DNA from: Centroscyllium fabricii
Lineage: Eukaryota
DNA: 64,000 bases
Direction of reading: 5' to 3'
Assembly (NCBI GenBank): GCA_051313645.2
Contig: JBNRSN020000026.1
Coordinates: forward strand, 51,398,001-51,462,000
The position numbers and the translations under genes are program-made. Shown here in pieces: positions 25,282-38,939 of this stretch; position 1 is the stretch's first letter; the number at the start of each line of letters is the position of its first letter. The notes beneath the pieces were generated by a model, which was given only the letters and a program-made list of their open reading frames with translations, was not told the DNA's origin and did no database searches.

Positions 25282-26022
25282 GTAAAGGCGCTTTAAAAAA
25301 AAAAAATCCCAATCGCTGTCTGTAGCCAGAAACCAACTGGAAGACATTCCAGAACGCTCGGCGCGAACTAATTCCTGGTTAGTCGTATAATGAATGCTGC
25401 ATTCCCGTACAGGAGAGAGCGTGAGATCTGGGGGAGGTCTGCTGGGTGAATGGCTGTTTAAAGGGAGAATGCGGTGTAGTCTTTCAATCCGAGCCTTCAC
25501 ACCTGACCGGACGCTTCTTAAAGCCATCATTCAGTAACTGCAATTTTACTAAACCTATCCATGATCTGAGATAGCTGAAACACTGCGGAGAGAATGCGTG
25601 CATTAGAATGGAGTGTTTGACTCGATAGAATATGCACATGTAATCTCCAGAGCTGAACCTTTCCAGGTAGTCCGGCGCTGTCATTATACGACCACAGTAC
25701 GGTGCCAGGTCATGCTGGATGACCGGGTGTCCGGTACTTTGTCAAGGGGGAATGCATTGTCATTGTCTTGCACCGCCCGGGGTGAATAAAACGTTTCACG
25801 GGTTGCAGAATACTCCGGCGCGCGTTTGACAATATCAACTAAGAAATGAGACAAATGTTCATTCGATCAGTGGCCGGAACTGGTGCGAAATCAGTTGCAC
25901 GGGGACTCGAGCGAAAACCCAAATTCATTTGTGAATGTGAAAATCAGTTTGCATATTTAACTGGGGCTTTCTTCTGAATGCGAAAAAAGTGGAAATTACC
26001 ACCAATCGAAAGCGGAAGTTAA

Positions 26023-26444
26023 ATGCAAGAAGTCACGCAACACCAGATTATAGTCCAACAGTTCTATTTTAAATCACAAGCTTTCGGAGCTTCTGCTCCT
26101 TCGTCAGGTGAAAGAGAAGCTGACTTAAAGAACGCACATATGGAAGGGAGAGAGAAATCTGATCTCTCCCACATCTCACCTTAGCAGAGATAGACAGGGC
26201 ACACAAAGGCGTAATACGCCTTTGTGTGCACTGTCTATCTCTGCTAAGGTGAGATGTGGGAGAGATCGGATTTCTCCCTTCCTCCCATATGTGCGTTCTT
26301 TAAGTCAGTCTCTCTTTCACCTGACGAAGGGGCAGAAGCTCCGAAAGCTTGTGATTTAAAATAAAACTGTTGGACTATAACCTGGTGTTGTGTGACTTCT
26401 TGCATTTGTCCACCCCAGTCCAACACCGGCACCTCCACATCTAA
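26023..26444. mobile_element. Fold-back Penelope-derived element (Dlx3 intron 1)
   Basis: Near-perfect ~190-bp inverted arms, TSD GGAAGTTAA, two hammerhead cores. Confidence 0.85.
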
Positions 26445-27465
26445 GGAAGTTAAGACGCGATCACGATTAAACGCACTGTTTAAACCTGTTGCTCTGTATT
26501 TCTTAGCAATGAGGCGAAGATTTATTCAGAGTACAAGCTTGTTATGTCTATAGGAATGAGACAGTCCAAAAAAACAACCTGTTTATAGAGACAGTTGAAG
26601 CCAACAGGGGCTGTGAGGCCAGAAACTATAGGTCGGGGCATTGGGTTCGAGTTGGTGCATGGACCATAAAGTGGTTTCAGCACTCGGCCGGAGTGAACTC
26701 TGTCTCTTTGTTCAGGCTCGCTGTTAACCTGCAGACCCGACTATAGTGAAGCTAGAACGTGCTGCAAACGTGCACATTGCGGACAGGGAAAGTTGAGTTT
26801 TAATCCCGAGTAATGAATAGTTCTTCCCGCCACTATTCTAAAGGGACAAATGCAGGCGAAAATAATAAAATGGTCACACCATTCCACTGTCAAGATTGTC
26901 CTATGGTTAGTTTCCTGGCTGCGGCACTGTGCACCTTCCACTGTGTCAGGATGGCTTGTTTAATCGTTTAAGGATTTCATTACCCCATGGGCACACTCCA
27001 TATGTAAAATACATAATGTCATTAATAAATAAAGATTAGACTGTGTAGGAATGACGCGGAACAGGAAACCTGAAAAGGGATTTCACTATTCAAATGAGAT
27101 GATAAAGCTTTGGTTTGCATCTTGCAATAATAATTAACAATAATAATAATTAGCAGTTTCCTCCCTCTTTCTATAATTTGTGCCATTAAATAAAACATTG
27201 ACTTAACTAGTGTAATGAATTCGGCACAGAGTTTTGAAGTGTTGCTCTCCGGAAGGACTGTAACAATATAAGATGAGAACTCTGTGTTGCATTTGCTTGA
27301 CTTTGCATTCCCAACGTGAATTGGAATTCTTGCAGTGAGGAAGAAATTATTTTACCTCGTCTGACCTCTCAATTGCTGCGTTGCTTTTTTAAAAAAAACA
27401 AAGGTGAAATCTCGATAGTTCAGAGAGTCCTGTGTTTAATTGTTTGTGATGTGCTTAAGTTTCAG

Positions 27466-27650
27466 TGAAAGAAGAACCGGAGCCCGAAGTGAGAATTGTC
27501 AACGGGAAACCCAAAAAGATCCGCAAACCCAGGACCATCTACTCGAGCTTCCAGCTGGCAGCCCTGCAGAAACGCTTCCAAAAGGCACAGTATCTGGCCC
27601 TACCTGAGAGAGCGGAACTGGCTGCTACTATGGGACTTACGCAAACACAG
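27466..27650 (+). CDS. DLX3: Dlx3 exon 2 (homeodomain N-part)
   Basis: TTTCAG|TG acceptor; [27 protein letters not shown]...GLTQTQ|GT. Confidence 0.97.
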
Positions 27651-27845
27651 GTACACCCTCCACCCTCGCAGTATCGGTGCACCCATTACCTTTACATTTC
27701 ACTCAATACCCCCGGGCTAAGGCTTGCCCTGGGACGATTCAATGAGAATCAGTATTGATTTAAGCTCCACACACACCCGTTTTATTGCTGAGAGGCCTCG
27801 CTTTTTTTTTTCTACATTCTCAAAAGCAGGTACACCAACAACCTA

Positions 27846-28102
27846 TGCAAGAAGTCACACAACGCCAGGTTATAGTCCCAACAGTTTTATTTGAAATCAC
27901 AAGCTTTCGGAGCGTTGCTCCTTCATCAGGTGTAAAGAGAGATTCATTTAAATACAGCTTATATATGTTTAAATGCATCTCTCTTACACCTGAGCAACGC
28001 TCCGAAAGCTTGTGATTTCAAATAAAACTGTTGGACTCTAAACTGGTGTTGTGTGGTTTCTTGCATTTGTCCACCCCAGTCCAACACCGGCACCTCCACA
28101 TC
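27846..28102. mobile_element. Fold-back Penelope-derived element (Dlx3 intron 2)
   Basis: Inverted arms, TSD CACCAACAACCTA; + strand hammerhead partly deleted. Confidence 0.85.
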
Positions 28103-28762
28103 ACACCAACAACCTAAAGCATGTTACCTGAGATAATGGGACACTTTAAATGCAAGCTTTTTCTCCATACTTGTTTCTCAAAACATTCCTCACAATCTCG
28201 CATTACCATATTAATACACGTACTTGCATTTTCCCATTGCTTTTTCTGTAGCTCAAATAATCATTCATATGGGGGATGTGGGGAGAGGGTAGGACGGGAG
28301 TGCTGGGTTTGGATGATCAGCCATGATCTCATCAAAATGGCGGAGCAGGCTCGAAGGGCCGAATGGCCTACTCCTGCTCCTATCTTCTGTGTTTATGTAT
28401 AATTATTTATGTTTTTATGTATGCTTTACGATAGGTATTTAAATCGTTAGTTTTTCACTGGTTGACTAACTCTGGTTGCTAGTACTGTCTATCTAACTTT
28501 AGAAAATAAAAGTTGACGAAATGATGACAGCGGAAACCTGTTAGATACAGTAGGTAGGGCAAATTCATGATCAGGCATAGAACTGGATTGGTTTTACAAG
28601 AATGTACTCAGCGACAAAGAGGGATTGAGCAAATATTTGCACAGATCCGGCACTGTAACTATCTACAGACATGTGGCGTTCTCTAAATGCGCTAGAAATC
28701 ATTGGGACAATGTGAACATATTTCAGCCAAAGGGCCTCAGAAGCGAGTTTTCTACATTGTGT

Positions 28763-28793
<31 letters not shown>

Positions 28794-29135
28794 GGGGGCG
28801 GTGTGTGATTGGGTTGGTACTGAATGTACAAGAATATCCATGGAGTAAAAGAGACTCGGATCGAGTTTTATTTTTTAAAAGATTACATGTATTAAGTAGA
28901 AAGTACTAAATAATGAACAACAGAAAAATGTGTCATTTAAGTCCCAGACACCAGAAAGGGACAACAGTAAAATTATTTCTACAATAATAGTTATATCTAT
29001 CTACGTTTGAGGGGTGAATTTGTAATGGTGCCTTTTGCTAAGTATTTATATGCTTTCTCTGTCATCTTCTCGGTACTTGACACCAAAGTCTTACCCACCG
29101 GTTCTCTTTATGTTTTTTCTTTCCCGCCTGATCAG

Positions 29136-29432
29136 GTGAAAATCTGGTTTCAGAACAGAAGATCCAAGTTTAAGAAGCTATACAAAAACGGAGAGCTCAC
29201 GATGGAGCACAGTCCCAACAACAGCGATTCGATGGCGTGCAACTCACCCCCCTCCCCGGCCGTTTGGGAGAGCCATAGCTCGACCAGGAACCCCCTCCAA
29301 CATCAGACCCCGCTCAACTCGTCTCAGAGCTACCTGGAAGACTTCAATCACTGGTACCCCTCAGGCTCTCACTTACCAGCAACAAACTCACTGCACCAGC
29401 CGCCACCTCAGAGTACTGGAGCAGTCTATTGA
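29136..29432 (+). CDS. DLX3: Dlx3 exon 3
   Basis: CAG|[20 protein letters not shown]...[16 protein letters not shown]...GAVY*, diagnostic of Dlx3. Confidence 0.97.
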   Translation: MKIWFQNRRSKFKKLYKNGELTMEHSPNNSDSMACNSPPSPAVWESHSSTRNPLQHQTPLNSSQSYLEDFNHWYPSGSHLPATNSLHQPPPQSTGAVY

Positions 29433-30357
29433 AACGCTTTGTTTTTTCTACTTCAAAACTTTGAAACTCTTGGAACTTTTTATCATTTACTGTTTCGGAA
29501 AACGACAACAACAACTACAACAACAACAACAACAACTTGCATTTATATCGCGCTTTTCAGCGTAGGGTGGGTGTGGGGGAAGAAATGTCCTAAGGTTCTT
29601 CTTCACAGAAGCGTCAAAAAACATAAATAAATAAATAAAACTGGACGGCCACGCGTAATGGAGAACCAGGGTAGAAAATAATTAAAATCATCAGGACAAT
29701 TAATTCACTTCCAGACTTTCCCCCATTCAGTTCTGTAGTAATACACGTTAGTTCTGTATATAATACCACAAACTGTATATGAGGAACAAAAATCAGGGTA
29801 TTTTGTAACTCTGTCAGTTGTCAGATCTCCACTGTACACTGAACTGTTATCATTGTTCCCAATTTCAATAACAAACAACATTCTGCGTTGCTTTGCCTAT
29901 GTTTTGTTATATTATTTAAGTTTTTTTTTGATCTATTGGAGTGGTTAAATTATTACTGCCTGTATATTATTAGAGTAGCGGCCAGTTTGTTTGATGTAGC
30001 AGATAGGATGTATCCATTGAACTATGTCCAATGCAGTATGATAAAAAAAAGAACGGTGTTCACTGTAAAATAGGAACTCAATTTCCAATAGACAATATGA
30101 TAGAGCACAAACTGACAAATATCAGGAACTGTATTTATGATGCTCTGAGGGTATCTTTTTCTAAAAAAAAAAGTGTACATAAAATTTTACAGGTCAATTG
30201 TAAAATAATAATTAAGAAAAATCCTTGCGGGTAATTTCTAAGAATATATGTGACGCTGGGAGGAATCCTCAAAGACACCAAAATTTTATCGCAACTATTT
30301 GGCTTGTAAAGGACACCCAATACACACAAACCTCTGTTGTAACTTGCATTCTGTTTT

Positions 30358-30410
30358 GTAATAAATCTTTGTTTGCCGATGTTCTTGAGAATAATGTTAA
30401 TAAAAAGTCA
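30358..30410 (+). terminator. Probable Dlx3 polyadenylation signals
   Basis: Two AATAAA (~30360, ~30399) followed by T/GT-rich sequence. Confidence 0.5.
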
Positions 30411-31369
30411 TAATTCCACGGCTTGTTTTACCCTCTTTATTTCGGAAATAGAAATGATTACGACTTGAAATCTATTGACACGATGGCTTATCCAAAATGA
30501 AACTCTGCCTGACTTGAACCCTCGTTTTCACATCATGGCCTCGTCACCAAGTTATACAAGTCGCCGTACAGTAATTAAATGTTCATACTTCCACTTGAAG
30601 TTGCATTTTAATCGGAGTGACATCTTCGACAGTACTTATTTCGGCCATACATAATCTGAAAGTCACATTTATGCAGTGTGGGGTGATCCAGAGTTACACC
30701 TGCATATCACTGAGGAGGAAGGGTTTCTATATACATATATATATATACACGTGGGTCAGTTCACCGAGATACATTGTGTTCCATCTCCTGAATCATGGTT
30801 AGGTACAATAACAGAATGGACGAAAATATTACACACACACACTCACATTAAAACAAATGAGAACTCCACATAAGGCTAGCATGTGGCGAGTGAATAGTTA
30901 AACGTACACCCATCTCCTGCTATTAAAGGCAGTTTGGTTTGAGGGCTGCGTGCAAAAGCTCTATAGGCGACAGCCAGGCAGACATTCTGGAGACATTGAG
31001 TTGTGTGGAGCAGGATTTTATTAGGCGCGACTGCCAGAAAAAAACTGCTCCATCGCCTGGGGTTAATATCGTGCTAGAGCTCACATACCAGCAAGTGCAT
31101 CAAAGCTGTTGCAATTGCCAGGCTGACTGCAACAGGAGCTGCCTGCTTTAACCCTATTCTTACCGAACTCGACCTCCGAATAGAAGACAGGTCCGCGTTT
31201 CCAAGGCAAAGGACCTGTACACTCGGGGACAGGGGTGGGAGGGTTTGGGGGAAAGTGGGGTTGGCGAGGGAAATATTTGAACTTCATCCAAATGACAGCA
31301 CTGTCTCGTTATTTCTCCCTCTGTTGTGTCTAATGCCTCAAAGTGACGTTTAATATGGAAAGACACTTC

Positions 31370-31900
31370 AACATCCTTCAAGGTAAGGGGCGGGAGGTTT
31401 AGAGGAGATTTGAGGAAGAACTTTTTCACCCAGAGGGTGGTTGGAATCTGGAACTCACTGCCTGAAAGGGTGGTGGAGGCAGGAACCCTCACAACATTCA
31501 AGAAGTGGAGGTGCCGGTGTTGGATTGGGGTGGACAATGCAAGAAGTCACACAACACCAGGTTATAGTCCAACAGTTTCATTTTAAATCACAAGCTTTCA
31601 AGAGTTCCATATGTGCGTTTTTTAAATCAGTCTCTTTCGCCTGACGAAGGGGCAGACGCTCCGAAAGCTTGTGATTTAAAATAAAACTTTTGGACTATAA
31701 CCTGGTGTTGTGTGACTTCTTGCATTTGTCCACCCCAGTCCAACACCGGCACCTCCACATTATAGGGATGCCATAGCATACAAGGCTACGGACCAAGTGC
31801 TGGAAAATGGGATTAGAATAGACAGGGCTTGATGGCCGGCACGGACAGGATGGGCCGAAGGGCCTCTTTCTGTGCTGTATAACTTTGACTCTTTGACTAT
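31370..31900 (+). mobile_element. CR1 3' fragment containing a Penelope fold-back (31505-31762)
   Basis: [10 protein letters not shown]-type CR1 end; both full Penelope arms present. Confidence 0.8.
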
Positions 31901-33254
31901 AACATATCTCAGTTTCTTCAGGTAATAAATTAAATTTGAAGTTCGAAATAATGCACTGTTTAAGATGCGAATCTATACAGGTTTTGAGGTCAAACAGCAG
32001 TAAACCTGATAATTACGTTTTAGTCCTGACAATCTCGAAATAATTCGAACACTTTAGTTTCGGGGGTCGCCTTTTGAAAGTCTATATACACAACATTAAC
32101 TGCACTGCCCTCATCCACTCTCTCTGTTACCTCATCAAAAAAACTCAATCAAGTTAGTCAAACAGGACTTTCACTTAACAAATCCTCGCTTCCCCTTTAT
32201 TAGTCCATGCCTGTCCAAATGGCTGTTAATTTTCTCCCAAAGCTTCCCCGCCATCGAAAAATGAAGTAAATAATATTACTGGAACAACGAATGTAATTGC
32301 TTTCAGTGCCAATGCGGTACATGTTTTAAAACGTATAATAGATGTGTTACCTACACCGTTGTCGGTATTGTATTTACACAGTCCTATCTATATATAAACA
32401 GATCCGCAGGTGGTCCACGTTATACGGTTCCTGGATATAGTTGCACTGGTTTGCGCATCTATAGGTGGATAGTGAGGACCCTCATATTCTCTCCACAGAA
32501 TGTAGATACGTGCGCGGTGCCTAGTTACAAATCAGAGCATAAATCCGTACTATTTGCAACAACAAGGGCATTCGTGAGTCACGGGTATTTTTCTCCACTT
32601 GTGTGCATAATGGTGCTAGCAATAAATGAGTCTGAGTAATAGACACGCTGCATTAGGAAATATCTTGGGTAGTAATTAAAATGACATGACGAAATCCCAA
32701 CAGCGGTCTCTTAGATACAGTTGAAGGGACTGTGTGTGTGTGTGTGTCATGTTGCAAAATATACGCCTTTAATAGTATTAAATCTATTGCACGGAGAAAC
32801 CCAAAGCCCACGGGAAAAGGGAGTTGAGAACTTTTTAGAATTGTTCTGTTTTGCAGGATGCGCCGGGGGTACCAGAGGCAAAACCAACATTGATGTCCCT
32901 GTTATTGCGAGCACGGTGTAATTAATGGCGGTGCCCACTGAAGTGATATTTTGAATAACTCCAGCAATTCCCAACAACTCTAAACCAGATCACTGGAGGG
33001 AAGAGCTTGGACCTCTATTGAATCATTTCTGTTTCAATCGGCAGTGGCACCTGTAAAAATCAGGAAACTTTCCGAATGCATCATTCAAAAGAATTAACTT
33101 AACGTCGCCCGATCATATACAAGGGCGGCGGCTGTGTAGGAGGCGTTAAATATCAATTGCAAGCTGCAGTTAAAATGTAATGATCATTCATCAGTCATTA
33201 TTAAATATGCAGACATGTCGGTTGCATTGTTTCACTGACAACATTGTCCATTAT

Positions 33255-33785
33255 CCAGGGATGGGGGACTTGAGTTATGTGGGTAGACTGGAGAGGCAGG
33301 GGTTGTTCTCCTTGGAGCAGAGAATGTTGAGAGGAGATTTGATAGAGGTGTTCAAAATCATGAGGGGTCCAGGCAGAGTTGATAGAGGGAAACTGTTCCC
33401 ATTGGCAGAAGAGTCGAGAACCAGAGGACATTAAGGGGGATTGGCAGAAGAACCAAAGACTACCTAAGAAAAAACTTTTTTTTGCAGAGCCAGGGGTTAG
33501 GATTTGGAATGCAATGCTTGAAAGGGCGGTGGAGGCAGACTCAATCACGGCTTTCAAAAGGGAATTGGATAAGTAACTGAAGGAAAAATAATGAGAGGGG
33601 GGCAGTGGGATTAGCTGAAATGTCCTTTGCAGAGCTGGCACGGGCTCAACGGGCCGAATGGCCTCCTTCCGTGCTGTAACCATTCTCTGATTCTCTGATT
33701 CTCCTTGAAGTGGAGGTGCTGGTGTTGGACTGGGGTGGACAAATGTAAGAAGTCACACAACACCAGGTTACAGTCCAACAGTTTT
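33255..33785 (+). mobile_element. CR1 3' fragment followed by a Penelope terminal fragment
   Basis: LFSLEQRMLRGDLIEVFKI; (ATTCTCTG)n tail. Confidence 0.8.
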
Positions 33786-34620
33786 AACCGGATATGATTA
33801 TCCTGATCACATTACATATTGTTGCGATGTCCCAGTCACTACACTGTAGTCTTAGCGATGAGTTATGTATGTTCAGCTTTCCCGCATGCACACAAAATGT
33901 CCAGTCCCGTATAGGGTGCACGCTTTTAAAAGAAAAACCACCTGCATTTATATAGCGCCTTTCACGACCATCGGACGTCTCAAAGTGCTTTACAGCCAAT
34001 ACCGTACATTTTTTTAAATGTAGTCACTGTTGTAATTGTTGTAATGTAATTGTTCGAACAAATTACTATCATGTTCTGATCGTATCATATCAATGAATAA
34101 TGGCGCTACTTCCATTGATAAACCGCCCATGTAGATATGCGCAGATGTATTTGTGTCTGTGTAGATGCAAAGTGCAGAGAGAAGCCGATGAGAAGTGATA
34201 CATTTATGGCTGATTGGTGACATCGTTTGATTTGTCCTCACCACGAGTGCACATATCATCTCGGGGAGATTGCAATTTTGTCCAATTTTGAGTCAAACGC
34301 AACGTAATCGGGTCGGCAATCTGCAAAATCTGCACGAATTCGGGATGTTGCACACTTTGTAATCGTGCAATAAGCCATCTTTTAACACACGGTCTGTGTG
34401 GAAATGTCCAACATTTTAATGCAGTTTCTGCCTGGAGAAACCAGCCGAGCAATGGCATCATATTTCCACTGTTTTAATCGCTTGTGCTTCCTCGGGATTG
34501 CAATTCATAAAAGGTTAACCCAAAGGAACTGTATAGACTGACGCTGCGGCCGAGCTGTGGAATGATTTGCATTATTAATTTCACTTACACTTTACTGTAT
34601 AACGTATAGTGTATATACAT

Positions 34621-35024
34621 GGGCGGCACGGTGGCATAGTGGTTAGCACTGTTGCCTTACAGCACTGGAGACCCGGGTTCAAATCGAGCCTCGGGTGACT
34701 ATCTGTGTGGAGTTTGCACATTCTCCCCGTGTCTGCGTGGGTTTCCTCCGGGTGCTCCGGTTTCCTCCCACAGTCCAAAGATGTGCGGGTTATTGGCCAG
34801 GATAAATTGACCCTTAGTGTTAGGGGGATTGAATATGTGGGGTTGCAGGGATAGGCTGGGATATGTGTCGGTGCAGGCTCGATAGGGATCGAGGGATATG
34901 GGGACAAGTTAGGGACAGGGTACTGGGTTTGGATGATCAGCCATGATCTCATTGAATGGCGGAGCAGGCTCGAATGGCTGAATGGCCTACTCCTGCTCCT
35001 ATCTTCTATGTTTCTATGTTTCTA
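34621..35024 (+). mobile_element. HE1/V-SINE, full length
   Basis: tRNA head, V-core, CR1 tail. Confidence 0.9.
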
Positions 35025-35145
35025 TATAAAACAATTAGTCATTCATACCGAATGACTAGTTATTATACCTCGAATACCTAATAAAACAGACCGTTTCACC
35101 AGTGTTTGCACCCAGACAACGACACAAGCGCTGTTGCTTTATTAA

Positions 35146-35458
35146 TGTTAGAAGTCACACAAACACCAGGTTAGAGTCCAACAGTTTTATTAGAAATCAC
35201 AAGCTTTCGGAGCGTTGCTCCTTCGTCAGGTGAAGTGAAGAGATGCATATAGGCACAGCATATATAGTCAGAGAACACTGCCGAATGGCAGTGTTCTCTG
35301 ACTATATATGCTGTGCCTATATGCATCTCTTCACCTGATGAAGGAGCAACGCTCCGAAAGCTTGCAATTTCAAATAAAACTGTTGGACTCTAACCTGGTG
35401 TTTGTGTGACTTCTAACATTTGTCCACCCCAGTCCAACACCGGCAGCTCCACACCATG
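35146..35458. mobile_element. Fold-back Penelope-derived element
   Basis: Inverted arms, two hammerhead cores, degenerate TSD GCTT.AT.AAT. Confidence 0.8.
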
Positions 35459-37254
35459 GCTTGATAAATTCACCTCGAGTTCTATAAAGTAATTTCTGTG
35501 GATTTCGATCAACTTGATTCCCAGTTTGTAAGATCAGGCTCGCATTCCAGGCACAAAACTAAAGAACAAGCCAGCCCTGCCTCGACATTACGAGCACTTA
35601 ACATTTGTAGTGAAACGCAGCGCAGAGACCCGACGTATCAAAGACAGGTGAACTGGTTTGCTGACCTGCTCAGTTTTATTGGCTATTTCGCCGTGGGACA
35701 ATTGTAGTTTCTTTTACTTCGAATTTCGCATTGGAAAAGATGTATAAGGAATGAACAATCTCTAACCCATTTATAAAGTGGTTAACTTAAGATTCTGCGT
35801 CTGCGTAGTATCGAAATAGACACAAAGATGTTGAATGTGGAATATATTGCAAATTACAGACGCGGACCGGTGTGCACATATACAGTGCTTGATACCGTGT
35901 GCTGAGGTTGGATTTCATTGTACACGGTGTTTCGTGGGTGTAGTCGATGGAGTCGAGTATGACAGGGGACAAAATCGTTTTTAAAAAGTGACTGAAAAAA
36001 AAAATCAAAGTGGAGGCCAGCTTTCTGAATCCTGGTATATGTTACGTGATACAGGTAGAGGGAGCAGTGAACTGCATCGTTTTAGTAAGGATCTCAAAGA
36101 TAAGGCTTTTTTTTTAAAAGACGCTTTGCAAACAGCAGCTCGTACATACTTCGGTTAAAGCTGTGATTTAAAAATAGCCCGCCCATTGACAGAAAGAAAG
36201 TGAAACTGGGTGGGGGGTGGGGGGGGCGGTGGTAATTAGAAATTGGGTTCAGGCTCCAGATTCATTGTTGCAAAGCGTTCATGTCTTCAAACATTGCACG
36301 AAGTACCTCACAACGGTAGGATAATTTTTTTGCACCAGACGAATCGAAAGGAAACGATCAGTGTGCATCGAATTGTTGGCAATACGCGTGCATATCAAAT
36401 CAGAAATACACGGCACATCACAGCATTTTGAACTCATAACATAACATTTAGGCTGTAAGAGCGTCCCGAAAAGCAATCTGCCCGTGTAACCCTTTGCGGA
36501 CTGAAGAGCATCAGTTGCAGTCAATGACATTCCGACACATGTGAACCGTGACAGTCGTGACTGAGGTCCCTGCAGTACCGCGGTGTGCTTCGGTGAAATG
36601 GGACCACTCAGAATCGTGTACATCACGGCAGGATGCTGTGCCGAGCGGCCCGCTGCAGTCTGCCGAGGGTTAAAAGAATCAGCTTCTGAGAGTCTTGACA
36701 ATTGAACCTACTGTACCATTCGGGTGGGGAGCTGCAGGGCTGGTGACTCTGCCCCGAGGCGGCAAGCAAACTTTCACCCCGTTTAAAAACCGGAAAAATA
36801 TGGAAATCCGGTGCGGGGTGGGGGGGGGGGGGGTACTGATTAGAATTTTATTTACAGCGTTTCAAGATCCCGGTCGTTAGACATCAAAGCGAACAGCAGA
36901 ATTTCATTTACATTGTAGGAGCCCAGTCTGACCTCAACAACTTTTTTCTTAACGATTACAATGGAAAGTATTTCAACTATGTCCATGGTAAGACCCATCA
37001 CCTCACCTTAAAAGGCCACTGTCCCAACCTCTCGACACTCACCCACATCTGTAAATGAGAAAAAAGCAAGAGGGGGAGGGGAGGGGAGGGGGGGGGGGGC
37101 ACAGTCTGATCTCGGCTCCTCACTGTGGACAAGCAATATCCTTCTTAGAGTTACTGGAGAATGTGTCCCAGAGGCTCATAATAATAATAAAAAAAATAAT
37201 CCGAACTGTAATTATATCTGTACGATTTGTATTCATCAAACAGCCCCAAGTTCG

Positions 37255-37700
37255 TCAAAGAGAAGAGTAAATAATGAATTCAGTCCTCTGGAGTTCCTAA
37301 GCCTTTCCAGTAATTATGCTGTTTGGAAGACTATACGTAGGCTGTCCAGATTGGACTGCTATTATTATAATCTCAAGCTTTAAAATTACCTATAATTTGC
37401 AAAGATGAGCAATTTCTCTATTCAACACATTTTATCCCATCTCTCGATGAGTAAACATGGCCAGTAATAATGGCTAATTGAGCTGAGAATATAAAGAGGA
37501 CGTTGATAGCGGAATTAATTCACACTTGGAGATTTAACCAGAGCTAGCAGCACCGCCGTTGTTAGCTCGATTTCCTACACTTTTTACTGCATGTATTTCA
37601 GGGGCAGAGGAAAAAAATTAAAGGCTGACAAATTGCCTTTCTTTGCAGGCTGCAAAATAATTTGTGAGTAAATACCAGCCACAGCAGGTAAGCCATACTC
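37255..37700. promoter_or_regulatory. Candidate intergenic enhancer (I12a-like)
   Basis: Repeat-free, dense TAATT/AAATTAC motifs; resembles the recalled Dlx1/2 I12a. Confidence 0.5.
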
Positions 37701-38939
37701 TTCGCTTATGCTCGTCGTATTCTCTGAATCAGATTTTTTTTTTCTCCAGTAGAGTTAAGAAATATAATTGTCCTATATATGTTGAATGCGTTCGATGATG
37801 GGGTGGGGGGTGGGGGTGGGGGGTAGGCTGGGATGTCCAGCAATATTGCAAAGCGACATCTTAAGTTTCGGTCTGGGAGACGAATGCGCCTTCTGCTCAC
37901 CCCTGTGGTTGTATGTGGTATGGTTTTTATTTGTTGCCTCGAAGGCGTTCTTTTCTTAACGTTTGGCAATCTGATTCGGCCTAAGTGATCTATATTCGTG
38001 ATACATGTTTTCTGTATCGATGGGCGATCTGTAAGGGCGCGTTTTCTGCAAACTGCGGACAGGAAGATCGACTCATTGTTCAAATGACATTAAGTGCTGT
38101 GCGCGGGGGTCAATGGAAAAACGAATAATCTACCTCGATTACATCAGCCAAGATGCAAGTTTAAAAAATAATAATAATTCCACCCCCACTTATGACTTTC
38201 TGATGTGTTCTATCCCCCCCCCCCCCCCCACCCCCCCACATCCCCCCTAAAGGCAGACCAAGTGCACCAGCATGATTTGCCCATTCTTTTGTCAGGCAGC
38301 CGGTTTGCTGATAGATTATTTGCTGACTATTCGAGTACACGAAAATTACTTACAGGCCCGATGCTGCAAATGTGTCGACTAAACTGAACTCAACAGGCAG
38401 GTCACTTGAAAATATATGCTAACGTTTAAGAGGGGGAAGTATACGATTTAAAGCATTTTAAGACTCAATGTGTCCTAATAAACGGAAAGGAGAAAGGGGA
38501 AAATCAGATGGCATTTTAAGTGAAATGGCAAAAGGAGATACACTTCCACAAAAATGTGTTGGAAACCAGAATAGTGACGATCAAATCGCACTTTTGTCTT
38601 GGAGTCTCTAATTATTTTATATCTCGGCCATCGTTTGAGATCCAATGTTATTGGCTTTATTTGACCTTTTTACCATTTACTGGGGGGGGGGGGGGCTTAT
38701 CTTTTTTCCCTACAAGGTAAAGAAAGTGAGGAGTTAACATTTCAGTGAAATATTGCGCCGTTTTCTATTCAATTGTCTTCAATAGGTTGTCCATAGTTAC
38801 AGAAACTGCCTTTTACTGAAGAAGCAAAACAATCGCAGATTCCGTTTAGCAATCCTGTCGTATCATCAAATGCCTTTGTAATGCAGATTTCCCTGGTTTG
38901 CTTTTTTTACATCGATCCAAAGCTTGTTTCTTTTTCTTT

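Noticed and set aside
28759-28800. (GT)n and poly-G runs here and elsewhere as functional G-quadruplexes
   Set aside because: Simple repeats are frequent throughout with no specific pattern
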